DNA of 64,000 bases, taken from the NCBI GenBank assembly GCA_947591475.1, contig CANQDE010000008.1:8635-72634 (forward strand), in the 5' to 3' direction. The notes under the pieces are model-generated. The model did no database searches. It was not told the DNA's origin and saw nothing but the letters and a program-made list of their open reading frames with translations. The position numbers and the translations under genes were made by a program. The DNA comes from an uncultured Alistipes sp. GTDB taxonomy: Bacteria > Bacteroidota > Bacteroidia > Bacteroidales > Rikenellaceae. Below, one piece after another: positions 1 through 8,424 of this stretch (the first letter of the stretch is position 1; each line of letters starts with the position of its first letter).

Positions 1-1174
1 GCTTGATTTCCAGCATCATGCCGGCAAGGGTCTCCGCCTCGCCGCGCACGTCGGAAAAGGTGTCTTCATCCAAGGCGAGAATCCGTTCGAAATCGCCGAT
101 ATGGGTCTTTCCTTCGAAGAGGTAACATTTCGAATCGAGCCGCGTGTAGAGCTTTTCGTCGTTGTCGCTTTCGTCCGATATTTCGCCCACGATCTCCTCG
201 ATGATGTCCTCTAACGAGACGAGTCCCAGCGTCGAACCGTATTCGTCGACGACGATGGCCATGTGCACTTTGTTCGATTGGAAATCGGCCAGCAAGTCGT
301 TGATTTTCTTATGTTCCGGAACGAAATAGGGTTTGCGGATGAGTTTCTGCCATCCGAATTCGTCGCCGTGGTTGATGTAGGGCATTAGGTCTTTCACGTA
401 GAGTGTGCCGCGGATATGATCCATGTCCTCTTCGTAAACCGGAAGTCGCGAAAAACCCGATTCGATGATCGTGCGTTTGACCGTTTCGTAGCCGTCGGTC
501 AGTTCGAGCGCCGTGATGTCGACGCGGGGTTTCATGATCTCCTGCACCTCGGTGTTTACGAAATTGACGATGCCCGAAAGCATCACCCGTTCTTCGGGAC
601 AGGAACTTTGGGTCATGTCTACGGCATCGGCCAGTTCGTCGAGCGAAATTTCGCTCTTGTGCGAGGCTTTTTCGCTGATGCGGCTGCTCGTGCGCACGAG
701 AATGAAGGAGAGCGGGTAGAACAGGCGTTGCAACAGTCGGAGCGGTCGGGCGACGAACAGGGCGAACCGCACGGGGATGGTTTGTGCCAGCACTTTGGGG
801 AGGATTTCGCCGAAAAGCAGCAGCAGGAACGTTACCAGCACCGTTTTGAACAGAAATTCGAACCGCGTGAAGGTAAAGATCGTGTCGATGATGTTCGAGG
901 TGAGGATGACGATGCAGATGTTCACTAAATTGTTGACCACGAGAATGGTGGCAAGCAGGAAATCGACGTCGCCCAACAGTCGCAGCACGGCGGCAGCGGC
1001 TCCCGACGGATTCTTTTTCAGTTCGTGGATGTCGTTGTGCGTCAACGAGAAGAAAGAGGTCTCGGCGCCGGATACCAAGGCCGAGATGCACAGCAATACG
1101 AGCGTAATCGCACAGAGTACGATTTGATGGGCTGCTATTCCGTTGAACAGAATCCAATGGGTCGTATCTTCCAA
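1..1174 (-). CDS. DUF21 + CBS-pair hemolysin-family membrane protein (CorC/TlyC/GldE-like); 3' end lies beyond the window
   Basis: Absent from the ORF track because it runs off base 1. My own translation of the minus frame, which continues 12 nt after the ftsZ stop, reads (TTG)EDTTHWILFNGIAAHQIVLCAITLVLLCISALVSGAETSFFSL...FGEILPKVLA (DUF21 TM block). It continues VQEIMKPRVDI...GFSRLPVY...VHMAIVVDEYGSTLGLVSLEDIIEEIVGEI (CBS pair). There is no ATG near the 5' end, so the TTG at 1174 is assumed as start. Confidence 0.75.
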   Translation of the reverse strand, partial: MEDTTHWILFNGIAAHQIVLCAITLVLLCISALVSGAETSFFSLTHNDIHELKKNPSGAAAAVLRLLGDVDFLLATILVVNNLVNICIVILTSNIIDTIFTFTRFEFLFKTVLVTFLLLLFGEILPKVLAQTIPVRFALFVARPLRLLQRLFYPLSFILVRTSSRISEKASHKSEISLDELADAVDMTQSSCPEERVMLSGIVNFVNTEVQEIMKPRVDITALELTDGYETVKRTIIESGFSRLPVYEEDMDHIRGTLYVKDLMPYINHGDEFGWQKLIRKPYFVPEHKKINDLLADFQSNKVHMAIVVDEYGSTLGLVSLEDIIEEIVGEISDESDNDEKLYTRLDSKCYLFEGKTHIGDFERILALDEDTFSDVRGEAETLAGMMLEIK

Positions 1175-1186
1175 ATTTGCTGCGGA

Positions 1187-2509
1187 TTAGTTGGACGTAA
1201 ACGGAAGCCGCGATTGGTCGGCCGGTTTCTGCGAATCGGAGGCGCTTTCCTGCATGGTCTCTTTATGGGTGCCCGGGGCTTGCACGACGAACTTGGAGTT
1301 GCGCGTTTGGTAGGCGGGCGTCGACTTCACGCGGTTGATGTCCTTGTATCGGGTCGATTTCTCGCTCAGCACGATCGGTTCCGTCGGGAAAGGGGTCGAG
1401 GCCCGTTGTTTGACCGGTTCGAGTTGGTTGGGCACTTCGGGGGTCGGTGCGGTTTCCGATTCCGCCGGTGCAATGATTTTGCGGCTCGACGGCAGAATCG
1501 GCTTCGACGGGTCTTCGTCGAAACCCGTCGCCACGATCATCAGTTGAATGGAATTGCCCAACTGCGGGTTCTGGCTCGTTCCCCAGATGATGTTGGCGCT
1601 GTGGATGACGCCGTTGCTGTCTTTGACGCTGGCGTGCGACTGGATGTATTCCAGAATCGATTTCAACTCCAAGGCTTTCAGGTCGTTGTTCTTTGCGACG
1701 GAGATGTGGAGCAGGATGTTTTTGGCGCCCGTGATCTGGTTATGGTCGAGCAGCGGCGAATGCAGCGACGCTTCGGCTACTTTTTTCGCACGGTCTTCTC
1801 CGTCGGCGGTCGCCACGGCCATGTGGATGCGGCCCTGATTGTGCATGACATTCGAAACATCGGCGAAATCGACATTGACCAACTCGCTCTTGACGGTAAT
1901 GATTTCGGAGATGCCCTTCGCGGCCGATGCCAGAATATCGTCGGCTTTGCGGAATGCGTCGCCCAACGACAGATCGCCGTAGATTTCCAAGATGCTGTCG
2001 TTGTTGATGATGAGCACGGCATCGATATTTTTGCGCAGTTCCTCGATGCCTCGGATGGCTTGGTCGTAGCGGATGAGCCCCTCGACCGCCAGCGGCGAGG
2101 TAACGATGGCCACCGTGAGGAGCCCCATTTCGCGGGCCAGTTTCGCGATGACGGGCGATGCGCCCGTACCCGTTCCGCCGCCCATACCGGCCGTGATGAA
2201 GATCATGCGCGTGCCGGTCTCTTCCAATCGTGCGCGGATTTCCGGCAGCGATTCGACGGCTGCCGCGCGACCGTTTTCAGGGACGTTGCCGGCGCCGAGC
2301 CCGCTTTTGCCGAGACATATCTTCATCGGCACGGGGCTTTGATCCAAGGCCTGCTGATCCGTGTTGCAGACCATGAAGTTCACTCCGTGGATGCCGAGTT
2401 CCCACATGTGGTTCACGGCATTGCCACCGGCGCCGCCGACCCCCATGACGGTGATATAGGAGCCCGTGCTGGGGGCTATTTTCACTTCCGACATCAATTC
2501 GTCAGTCAT
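1187..2509 (-). CDS. ftsZ: Cell division GTPase FtsZ
   Basis: ORF 1187..2509, 440 aa. Contains GVGGAGGNAVNHM and the tubulin signature GMGGGTGTGASPV. Sits at the end of the dcw order after ftsA. Confidence 0.97.
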   Translation of the reverse strand: MTDELMSEVKIAPSTGSYITVMGVGGAGGNAVNHMWELGIHGVNFMVCNTDQQALDQSPVPMKICLGKSGLGAGNVPENGRAAAVESLPEIRARLEETGTRMIFITAGMGGGTGTGASPVIAKLAREMGLLTVAIVTSPLAVEGLIRYDQAIRGIEELRKNIDAVLIINNDSILEIYGDLSLGDAFRKADDILASAAKGISEIITVKSELVNVDFADVSNVMHNQGRIHMAVATADGEDRAKKVAEASLHSPLLDHNQITGAKNILLHISVAKNNDLKALELKSILEYIQSHASVKDSNGVIHSANIIWGTSQNPQLGNSIQLMIVATGFDEDPSKPILPSSRKIIAPAESETAPTPEVPNQLEPVKQRASTPFPTEPIVLSEKSTRYKDINRVKSTPAYQTRNSKFVVQAPGTHKETMQESASDSQKPADQSRLPFTSN

Positions 2510-2633
2510 ATCCGTGTCGCTTTATTGATCGATCGCTGCGCGATTTTACATTTTCCTGTATCCGCGTCTTCCGACGCTGTTTTTCCAATCCGAGGTCGTT
2601 GCATTCGGGTCGGTTCCGCCGGTTGCTGCGGCG

Positions 2634-4460
2634 TCAGATTTCGATGTCGTCGTCCGAGTTCGATGATGAACTTTTGTCCCACTTCCCGTTGATGTTGTCC
2701 AAGAAATCGCGGATACGTTGGGTCATCTTCTTCGTCGTGGCATTCGTCCGGCGTTCGGCTTCCGCGTCGTATTCCGGCGTGGCAGGGTAGGGCGGCCGAC
2801 CGTTTGTTTCGGGTTCGTCGATCGGCTGATCCGTCGTCGTTTGAGGATTCGCCGCCGTCGGTTGCAGCGGCATTTGTGGTTGTTGTCCGTAAGCCGGTTC
2901 GTAAACTGGCTCTTGCGGGCGGGCGGGTTGAGGCCGATAGCTCGGAGCCTCCGGTCGTTCGGACGGCGGAACCGTCGGCGAGACCGGTCTCGCCGAAGTT
3001 GTCGCGGCGGTACGTCGGGGCGGAACATGCTTGAATGTCTCCGGATCGGGCAGCGTCGTGGTAGCTTGTGGCTGAGGATGTTGCGGTCGAACCGTTGCAG
3101 TCGGACGAACCGGTTGGCCGTTGACCGGCTGCTGGGACGTTCCCGCCGCAGTCCGTGCCGCGGTCGTGATGGTTCGGGGGCGTGTCGTCAAATTGGACGG
3201 GTTCGCCGGCGTACCGGGGTTGGCGGGGCGTGCGGCCGGTTCCGGTTCGATGACCGGCGTTTCGGGTTCGGCGCCCTCCCGCACGGGCGGATGTTCGACG
3301 ATGAGGCTCGAAGCGCCTTGCTGGGCGCCGAGCAGCAACAGCCCCGTTACCGTCGCATAAGCTGGATCGTCGACGAGCTCCAGCGACGCATCGGTGATGC
3401 CCGTATCGGGCGAGGCTACACGCACCTCCATCTTCGTTACGCGGTTGAAGAGCGTGTCAAGGTCTTTCAGCACGGCCGATCCGCCGGTCAGCACGATGCC
3501 GTAAGCGAGTTTCGAGGCATGATGCGAATCTTTCAGCTCTTGGAGCACGTATTCGGCGATATCCATCGCACGGGCTTCGATGACCGTGGCTAAATTGCGT
3601 TTCAAGATGCCTTTCTCCTCGCGGGGTGTGCGGCCGGGGACTTTCACCAACGTATCGGGGGCCAGTTCGGCGATGGCCGAGCCTTTTTCCAATTTGAGCT
3701 GTTCGACGAATTTTTCGGGCACGCCCATCGTACGGATGTCGTGGTTGATGGCCGATGCGCCCATCGGAATGGAGGCCACGTAACGTACCACATTGCGGTA
3801 GTAGACCGTAACGTCGGTTACACCGCCGCCGATGTCGACCACGGCGACGCCTTCGGACTTCTCGTCGGGCGACAGCACGGCCTCGGGCGTGGCCAGCACC
3901 GTGGGGAAGATGCCTTTGAGGGTGATGCCGTGCCGTTTGAAGACCATCTCCAGCCGTTGCAGCGGGGTCGTGCTGCACAACACGAAATTGAAAGTCGCGG
4001 AGAGCGTTTTTCCGAACGAGCCGACGGGATTGGTTACTTCGCGGTTGCCGTCGACGACATAGTTCTGGGGGATGCGCTCCATGATGGTTTCGCCCTCGGG
4101 GGCCTGCACGTTGCGCATGCGTGAAAAGAGCGATTCGACATCGGCATGGCTCACGCCGTCCTGCGGGTTGCCGATGTAAACGTGGTCGGTGTAGCAGGCG
4201 CAGCGGACGAACTCGCCCGAGATGCCGGCATAGACCTCTGTGATGCGGCAACCCAAGGCCTCTTCGACCTCTGCGATTGCGGTGTGGATGGATTCGCCGG
4301 CCAGTTCGCTGTTTTCGATCAGGCCGGCATTGACACCCTCGGCCGGTTTCCGGGCAATATAAACGACGTCGACCGAACCGTCCTCCGTCGGTTCGCCGAC
4401 GGCTACCGTAACATTCGAAGAGCCCAGATCGACAGCGATTATGTAGTTCTTTCTTTCCAC
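2634..4460 (-). CDS. ftsA: Cell division protein FtsA with a long low-complexity C-terminal linker
   Basis: 608 aa. Actin-fold motifs IIAVDLGSSNV, VVDIGGGVTDV and IVLTGGSA. Residues ~390-575 are Pro/Thr/Gln-rich. The C-terminus has an amphipathic MTQRIRDFLDNINGKW. Lies between ftsQ and ftsZ. Confidence 0.93.
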   Translation of the reverse strand: MERKNYIIAVDLGSSNVTVAVGEPTEDGSVDVVYIARKPAEGVNAGLIENSELAGESIHTAIAEVEEALGCRITEVYAGISGEFVRCACYTDHVYIGNPQDGVSHADVESLFSRMRNVQAPEGETIMERIPQNYVVDGNREVTNPVGSFGKTLSATFNFVLCSTTPLQRLEMVFKRHGITLKGIFPTVLATPEAVLSPDEKSEGVAVVDIGGGVTDVTVYYRNVVRYVASIPMGASAINHDIRTMGVPEKFVEQLKLEKGSAIAELAPDTLVKVPGRTPREEKGILKRNLATVIEARAMDIAEYVLQELKDSHHASKLAYGIVLTGGSAVLKDLDTLFNRVTKMEVRVASPDTGITDASLELVDDPAYATVTGLLLLGAQQGASSLIVEHPPVREGAEPETPVIEPEPAARPANPGTPANPSNLTTRPRTITTAARTAAGTSQQPVNGQPVRPTATVRPQHPQPQATTTLPDPETFKHVPPRRTAATTSARPVSPTVPPSERPEAPSYRPQPARPQEPVYEPAYGQQPQMPLQPTAANPQTTTDQPIDEPETNGRPPYPATPEYDAEAERRTNATTKKMTQRIRDFLDNINGKWDKSSSSNSDDDIEI

Positions 4461-4554
4461 TTTTTTATTAGTTGTCCGGTTTTATTAACCACTCGGTTCT
4501 TGCTATTTCCCCGATATTCTTTGTCCGTTGTTTTTTATCCGACGCCCGGCCGCT

Positions 4555-5652
4555 TTATCGGCATACCACTTGGTCGGTGTAGCGGATGTCGATGTCCTGA
4601 TAGACGTCCCATCCGATTTTCGACAGCCCCTTGCGATAGAACCGCAACAGTTTGTCGAGCTTCTCCTCCGTGCGTTCCAGCCGTCCGAAACGGATGATAT
4701 GCTGCCCGCTACGAGGAATTAGATCGACCTCCAATGCGCCGCTCGGCGTGGTTCGCGCGATGATTTGCACTACTTCGGCACTCCAAAAATCATCTCGCTC
4801 GACCAACTTCACAAAGGTAAGGAGTTTCATGAAATCTTCGTAGTTTTTCTCCAATTTTTTTTGTCGGTGCCGCTTTTGGTCCTGTTGTTCTGCGATTCGG
4901 GCGAGTTGTTGCCGGCGCATGCGTGCACGATAGCGATAGGCTCGGCGTTGTTGTTGTTTGTCGGCGCGCAGTCGTTCCACCCGGGCTTCGTAGTCGCGGT
5001 CGTTTTCCAAGTATTTCCACCACCCTTTGACACGGCGTTTGCGGGATTCGTTGTAGGCGCGGTAGTCGGCCCGTTCCGCTCGGTAGATCGGCAGCTTTTC
5101 GGCCTCTAATGCTTCGATATCCTGTTCGATGCGTTGCCGTTCGGCATCCGTATAGGCCCGTATGTCGCCCGTGTAGTCGGCCGGAAAAGGTGGCCGGTAG
5201 GGGCCCGTTACGACGGGAACATAGAGCGACGAGGCTCGCGGTGCGGCGAATACGAATCCCGTCGGCGTAACATAGGCATTTTCGCCGTCGGTCAGCAGCC
5301 GCAGCAGCGGTTTGCGTTGGCGGATGTCGATGTGCAGTACGCCGCGACGGTCGATGTAGGCAGCGGCTTTTTCGACGAATCCGTTGCGGGCGATCAGGCG
5401 TTCGATTGCCGTGAGGTCGATCGTGTCGACCGGCGTCCCGATCGTCGGGATGCGTTCCTTTTTCAGCCACGCGCGCACTTCGCCCGAGGTGAGCAGTTGG
5501 CCTTGCGAGGTGCTGTCCACGAGGTCGATTTTCAGCGCTTCGACCGTTCGGACGGCCCGGTCGGCGCCCGCTGCGCCCGCCATCCAGACGACGTAGGCCC
5601 CCGCTCCTGCCCAGAGGAGTGTCAGCAACGCATATTTGATGACCGGACGCAT
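4555..5652 (-). CDS. ftsQ: Cell division protein FtsQ (POTRA domain) with a charged insertion
   Basis: 365 aa. N-terminal TM helix ALLTLLWAGAGAYVVWMAG followed by a POTRA-like block (IERLIARNGFVEKAAAYIDRRGVLHIDIRQRKP). Position between murC and ftsA supports the call. Confidence 0.8.
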   Translation of the reverse strand: MRPVIKYALLTLLWAGAGAYVVWMAGAAGADRAVRTVEALKIDLVDSTSQGQLLTSGEVRAWLKKERIPTIGTPVDTIDLTAIERLIARNGFVEKAAAYIDRRGVLHIDIRQRKPLLRLLTDGENAYVTPTGFVFAAPRASSLYVPVVTGPYRPPFPADYTGDIRAYTDAERQRIEQDIEALEAEKLPIYRAERADYRAYNESRKRRVKGWWKYLENDRDYEARVERLRADKQQQRRAYRYRARMRRQQLARIAEQQDQKRHRQKKLEKNYEDFMKLLTFVKLVERDDFWSAEVVQIIARTTPSGALEVDLIPRSGQHIIRFGRLERTEEKLDKLLRFYRKGLSKIGWDVYQDIDIRYTDQVVCR

Positions 5653-5672
5653 CTTTCAGTTTCGTCGTTCTT

Positions 5673-7055
5673 TCAACTTTTGCGCCGAAGTGTTTCGGCC
5701 AGCGCCTCGCAGCAGGCGTCGATGTTGCCCGCTCCGAAACTGATGACCACATCGGTCTCCATCGTCGCGATGGTCTCGGCCAGCCGTTCGCGTTCGACGA
5801 TGCGGCAGGGCACGGTGATCCGTTCGGCGATGATTTTCGACGTAATGCCCTCGATGGGCTCCTCGCGGGCCGGATAGATGGGCAGCAAGACTACCTCGTC
5901 GGCATGCGACAGCGCTTCGGCGAACTCCGGATAGAGGTCGCGCGTGCGGGTGTAGAGGTGGGGTTGGAAGAGGGCCGTGATGCGTCGGCCCGGAAACATC
6001 TTCCGCACCGACGTGAGCGTCGCAGCCAATTCGCGCGGATGATGCGCATAGTCGTCCATATAGACCTGCTTCGGCGTGTTGACATAGAATTCGAACCGCC
6101 GTTTCACGCCTGAAAACGAGGCCAGTGCTTCCCGCAGACGGGTTTCGTCGAGCGGTGTGCCTTCGTGTTTCGCGGCGCACCAGACGGCGGCCACCGCCGC
6201 AATCGAGTTTTCGATATTGACCCAGCCCGGGATGCCGAGCGTGCAGTCCGCAATCACGCCGTCGGGCGTCGCGATGTCGTAGCGGTAGTGCCCGCCCTCC
6301 AACAGCCGCACGTTGCGGGCATAGAAATCGCACGGTTCGTCGTAAGAGTAGCGATAGACGGCGATGCCCGGATTGTCGACCCGAATATCGACGTGGAGTT
6401 TCAGCACTAACGAGCCGCCCTTGCGGATTTGTCCGGCGAATTGCGCGAAGGCCTCCTTGACCGCTTCGTGGGTGCCGTAGATGTCGAGGTGGTCGGCATC
6501 GGCCGAGGTGATGACCGCCACATCGGGCCACAGCCGCAGGAACGACCGGTCGAATTCGTCGGCTTCGACGGACAGACGAGGCCCTTCGCCGAGCACGAGG
6601 TTCCCCTCGAAATTCTTCGAGATACCGCCCAGAAAGGCCGAACCGCCGCCTGTCAGCGCACGGTTGAGCCAAGCGATGAGGGTCGACGTCGTAGTCTTGC
6701 CGTGCGTGCCGGCCACGGCCATCACGTATTTTCCCTCGGACAGGTGGCCCAGCATCTGCGAACGTTTTTCGACCGTAAAACCGTTTTCGAGAAAATAGCG
6801 GTATTCGCAGTGGTCGCGCGGTACGGCGGGCGTATAGACCACGATCGTGCGTGCGGGGTCGAGGAACGGAGCCGGAATCTGTCGGACATCTTCGTCGTAG
6901 TGAATGACGGCGCCTTCGCGTTCCAAGGCCTCGGTCAGATGCGAACGGGTGCGGTCGTATCCGGCGACCCGACGCCCTTCGTGCAGGAAATAGCGGGCGA
7001 TGGCGCTCATGCCGATGCCGCCGATGCCCAAAAAGTAGATGTTTTCGTATGTCAT
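5673..7055 (-). CDS. murC: UDP-N-acetylmuramate--L-alanine ligase
   Basis: 460 aa. N-terminal FLGIGGIGMSAIARYF and the Mur-ligase P-loop AVAGTHGKTTTS. Confidence 0.95.
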   Translation of the reverse strand: MTYENIYFLGIGGIGMSAIARYFLHEGRRVAGYDRTRSHLTEALEREGAVIHYDEDVRQIPAPFLDPARTIVVYTPAVPRDHCEYRYFLENGFTVEKRSQMLGHLSEGKYVMAVAGTHGKTTTSTLIAWLNRALTGGGSAFLGGISKNFEGNLVLGEGPRLSVEADEFDRSFLRLWPDVAVITSADADHLDIYGTHEAVKEAFAQFAGQIRKGGSLVLKLHVDIRVDNPGIAVYRYSYDEPCDFYARNVRLLEGGHYRYDIATPDGVIADCTLGIPGWVNIENSIAAVAAVWCAAKHEGTPLDETRLREALASFSGVKRRFEFYVNTPKQVYMDDYAHHPRELAATLTSVRKMFPGRRITALFQPHLYTRTRDLYPEFAEALSHADEVVLLPIYPAREEPIEGITSKIIAERITVPCRIVERERLAETIATMETDVVISFGAGNIDACCEALAETLRRKS

Positions 7056-7077
7056 TTGTGCGTTCTATCCTTTTTAC

Positions 7078-8184
7078 CTATTTCAATACCTTCGTAATTT
7101 CATCGACGATCCGTTCCGCTGCATCGGGTCGGGCCAGCGCTTCGAGGCTGCGGCTCATCGTCTCCAAGGCTTGCCGGTCGGAGGCCAGCGCCAACGCTTG
7201 TTCCATCGCCTGCTCGCGGCAATCGCAGTCGGGGACTAACCGTGCTGCGCCTTTGGCTTCCAGCGCACGGGCGTTTTTGGTCTGATGGTCTTCGGCGACA
7301 TTGGGCGACGGTACGAACACGACAGGTTTCGCCACCAAACAAAGTTCCGAGACGGTTCCCGCGCCGCTGCGCGATACGACCACATCGGCTGCCGCATAGG
7401 CCAAATCCATCCGTTCGATGAAGGCGCCCTGCCAGACGTGTGCGGCGGGGTGCTTTCGTAAAAAGTCCTGCATCTCGCGTTCGTAGTATTTGCCCGTCTG
7501 CCAGATGACCTGCACGGGAGCCGTGCCGCCCGTGCGCAGAATCCAAGCTTTCATCATCTCGTTGAGCGAGCGGGTGCCGAGCGATCCCCCGACGACTAAA
7601 ATCACCGGCAGGTCGGCCGTGAATCCGTAATAGGCAAGCGCTTCCGCTTTCGCAACTCCCTCTTTGGAAAACCGCCCGCGGAGCGGATTGCCCGTCAGCA
7701 CGATTTTCTCCTGCGGAAAGAATCGTTCCATCCCTTCGTAAGCGGTGCAGATGCGGCTGGCTCGTTTCGCCAATAGCTTGTTGGTCAGTCCGGCATAGGA
7801 GTTCTGTTCCTGAATGACCGTCGGCACGCCCATCCGTTGCGCGGCCCAGAGTACGGGTGCGCTGGCATAGCCGCCGAATCCGACGACCGCATCGGCTCCG
7901 AAATCGCGGATTGTCTTGCGTGCCAGCCGGATGCTTCGCAGCACCTTGAACGGTACCAGCAGATTGCGCCACTCCATGCGGCGTTGCAGGCCGGCAATGG
8001 GCAGACCGACGATGCGATAGCCCAGCGCGGGCACCTTTTCCATTTCCATTTTGCCTTCGGCTCCGACGAAGAGCAGTTCGACTGCTTCGCCGAATCGTTT
8101 TTCGAGGGCTTCGGCGACCGCGACGGCCGGATAGATATGGCCGCCCGTTCCGCCGCCCGAGAGTATGATGCGTAGTTTCTTCAT
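7078..8184 (-). CDS. murG: Undecaprenyl-PP-MurNAc-pentapeptide GlcNAc transferase
   Basis: Motif LSGGGTGGHIYPAVAVAEAL. The track start at 8199 is a TTG, so I prefer the ATG at 8184 (MKKLRIILSGGG). Confidence 0.93.
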   Translation of the reverse strand: MKKLRIILSGGGTGGHIYPAVAVAEALEKRFGEAVELLFVGAEGKMEMEKVPALGYRIVGLPIAGLQRRMEWRNLLVPFKVLRSIRLARKTIRDFGADAVVGFGGYASAPVLWAAQRMGVPTVIQEQNSYAGLTNKLLAKRASRICTAYEGMERFFPQEKIVLTGNPLRGRFSKEGVAKAEALAYYGFTADLPVILVVGGSLGTRSLNEMMKAWILRTGGTAPVQVIWQTGKYYEREMQDFLRKHPAAHVWQGAFIERMDLAYAAADVVVSRSGAGTVSELCLVAKPVVFVPSPNVAEDHQTKNARALEAKGAARLVPDCDCREQAMEQALALASDRQALETMSRSLEALARPDAAERIVDEITKVLK

Positions 8185-8199
8185 ATGTCTATTTGGCAA

Positions 8200-8333
8200 C
8201 TATTTATAACTTTTCATCGAATCAAGTTAGCGAATGTATTTACATTGTCGTCGGTCGTGATGCTCGCGGCGAAGCCGCGTTTACAAGTTTGACCCACCCC
8301 TAAACACCCGCCTTGGCGGGGGCTTCGATTCGG
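8200..8333 (-). repeat. MITE-like element copy A (truncated; hairpin-1 degenerate)
   Basis: Aligns by eye to copies C and F over ...aatcaagttagcgaatgtatttacattgtcgtcggtcgtgatgctcgcggcgaagccgcgtttacaagtttgacccacccc..cccgccttggcgggggcttcg. Lies between the murG start and the comM stop. Confidence 0.8.
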
Positions 8334-8369
8334 TATGTTGTTTCATTTTGTTCGTTGTCTCTTTTCGTT

Positions 8370-8418
8370 GGGGCTCTCGCGGCGGACGCAGCCTGCGGGG
8401 GCGAGTTGTGCGAGCCTC
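8370..8418. repeat. GC-rich REP-like intergenic repeat (family 2)
   Basis: Shares gcggacgcagcctgcgg and cgagcctc with 10115..10196. Confidence 0.7.
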
Positions 8419-8424
8419 TAAAAA

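Noticed and set aside
1025-2692. A 555-aa plus-strand ORF. Similar long ORFs occur at 14848..16476, 8662..9975, 40150..41505, 27728..28981, 45478..46611 and 43977..45188.
   Set aside because: All lie antisense to genes with strong motif support (ftsZ, yitT/dtd, comM, the PL17-like gene, susC, the esterase, the MFS/SDR genes). All have the Arg/Gly/Asp-rich composition typical of shadow frames.
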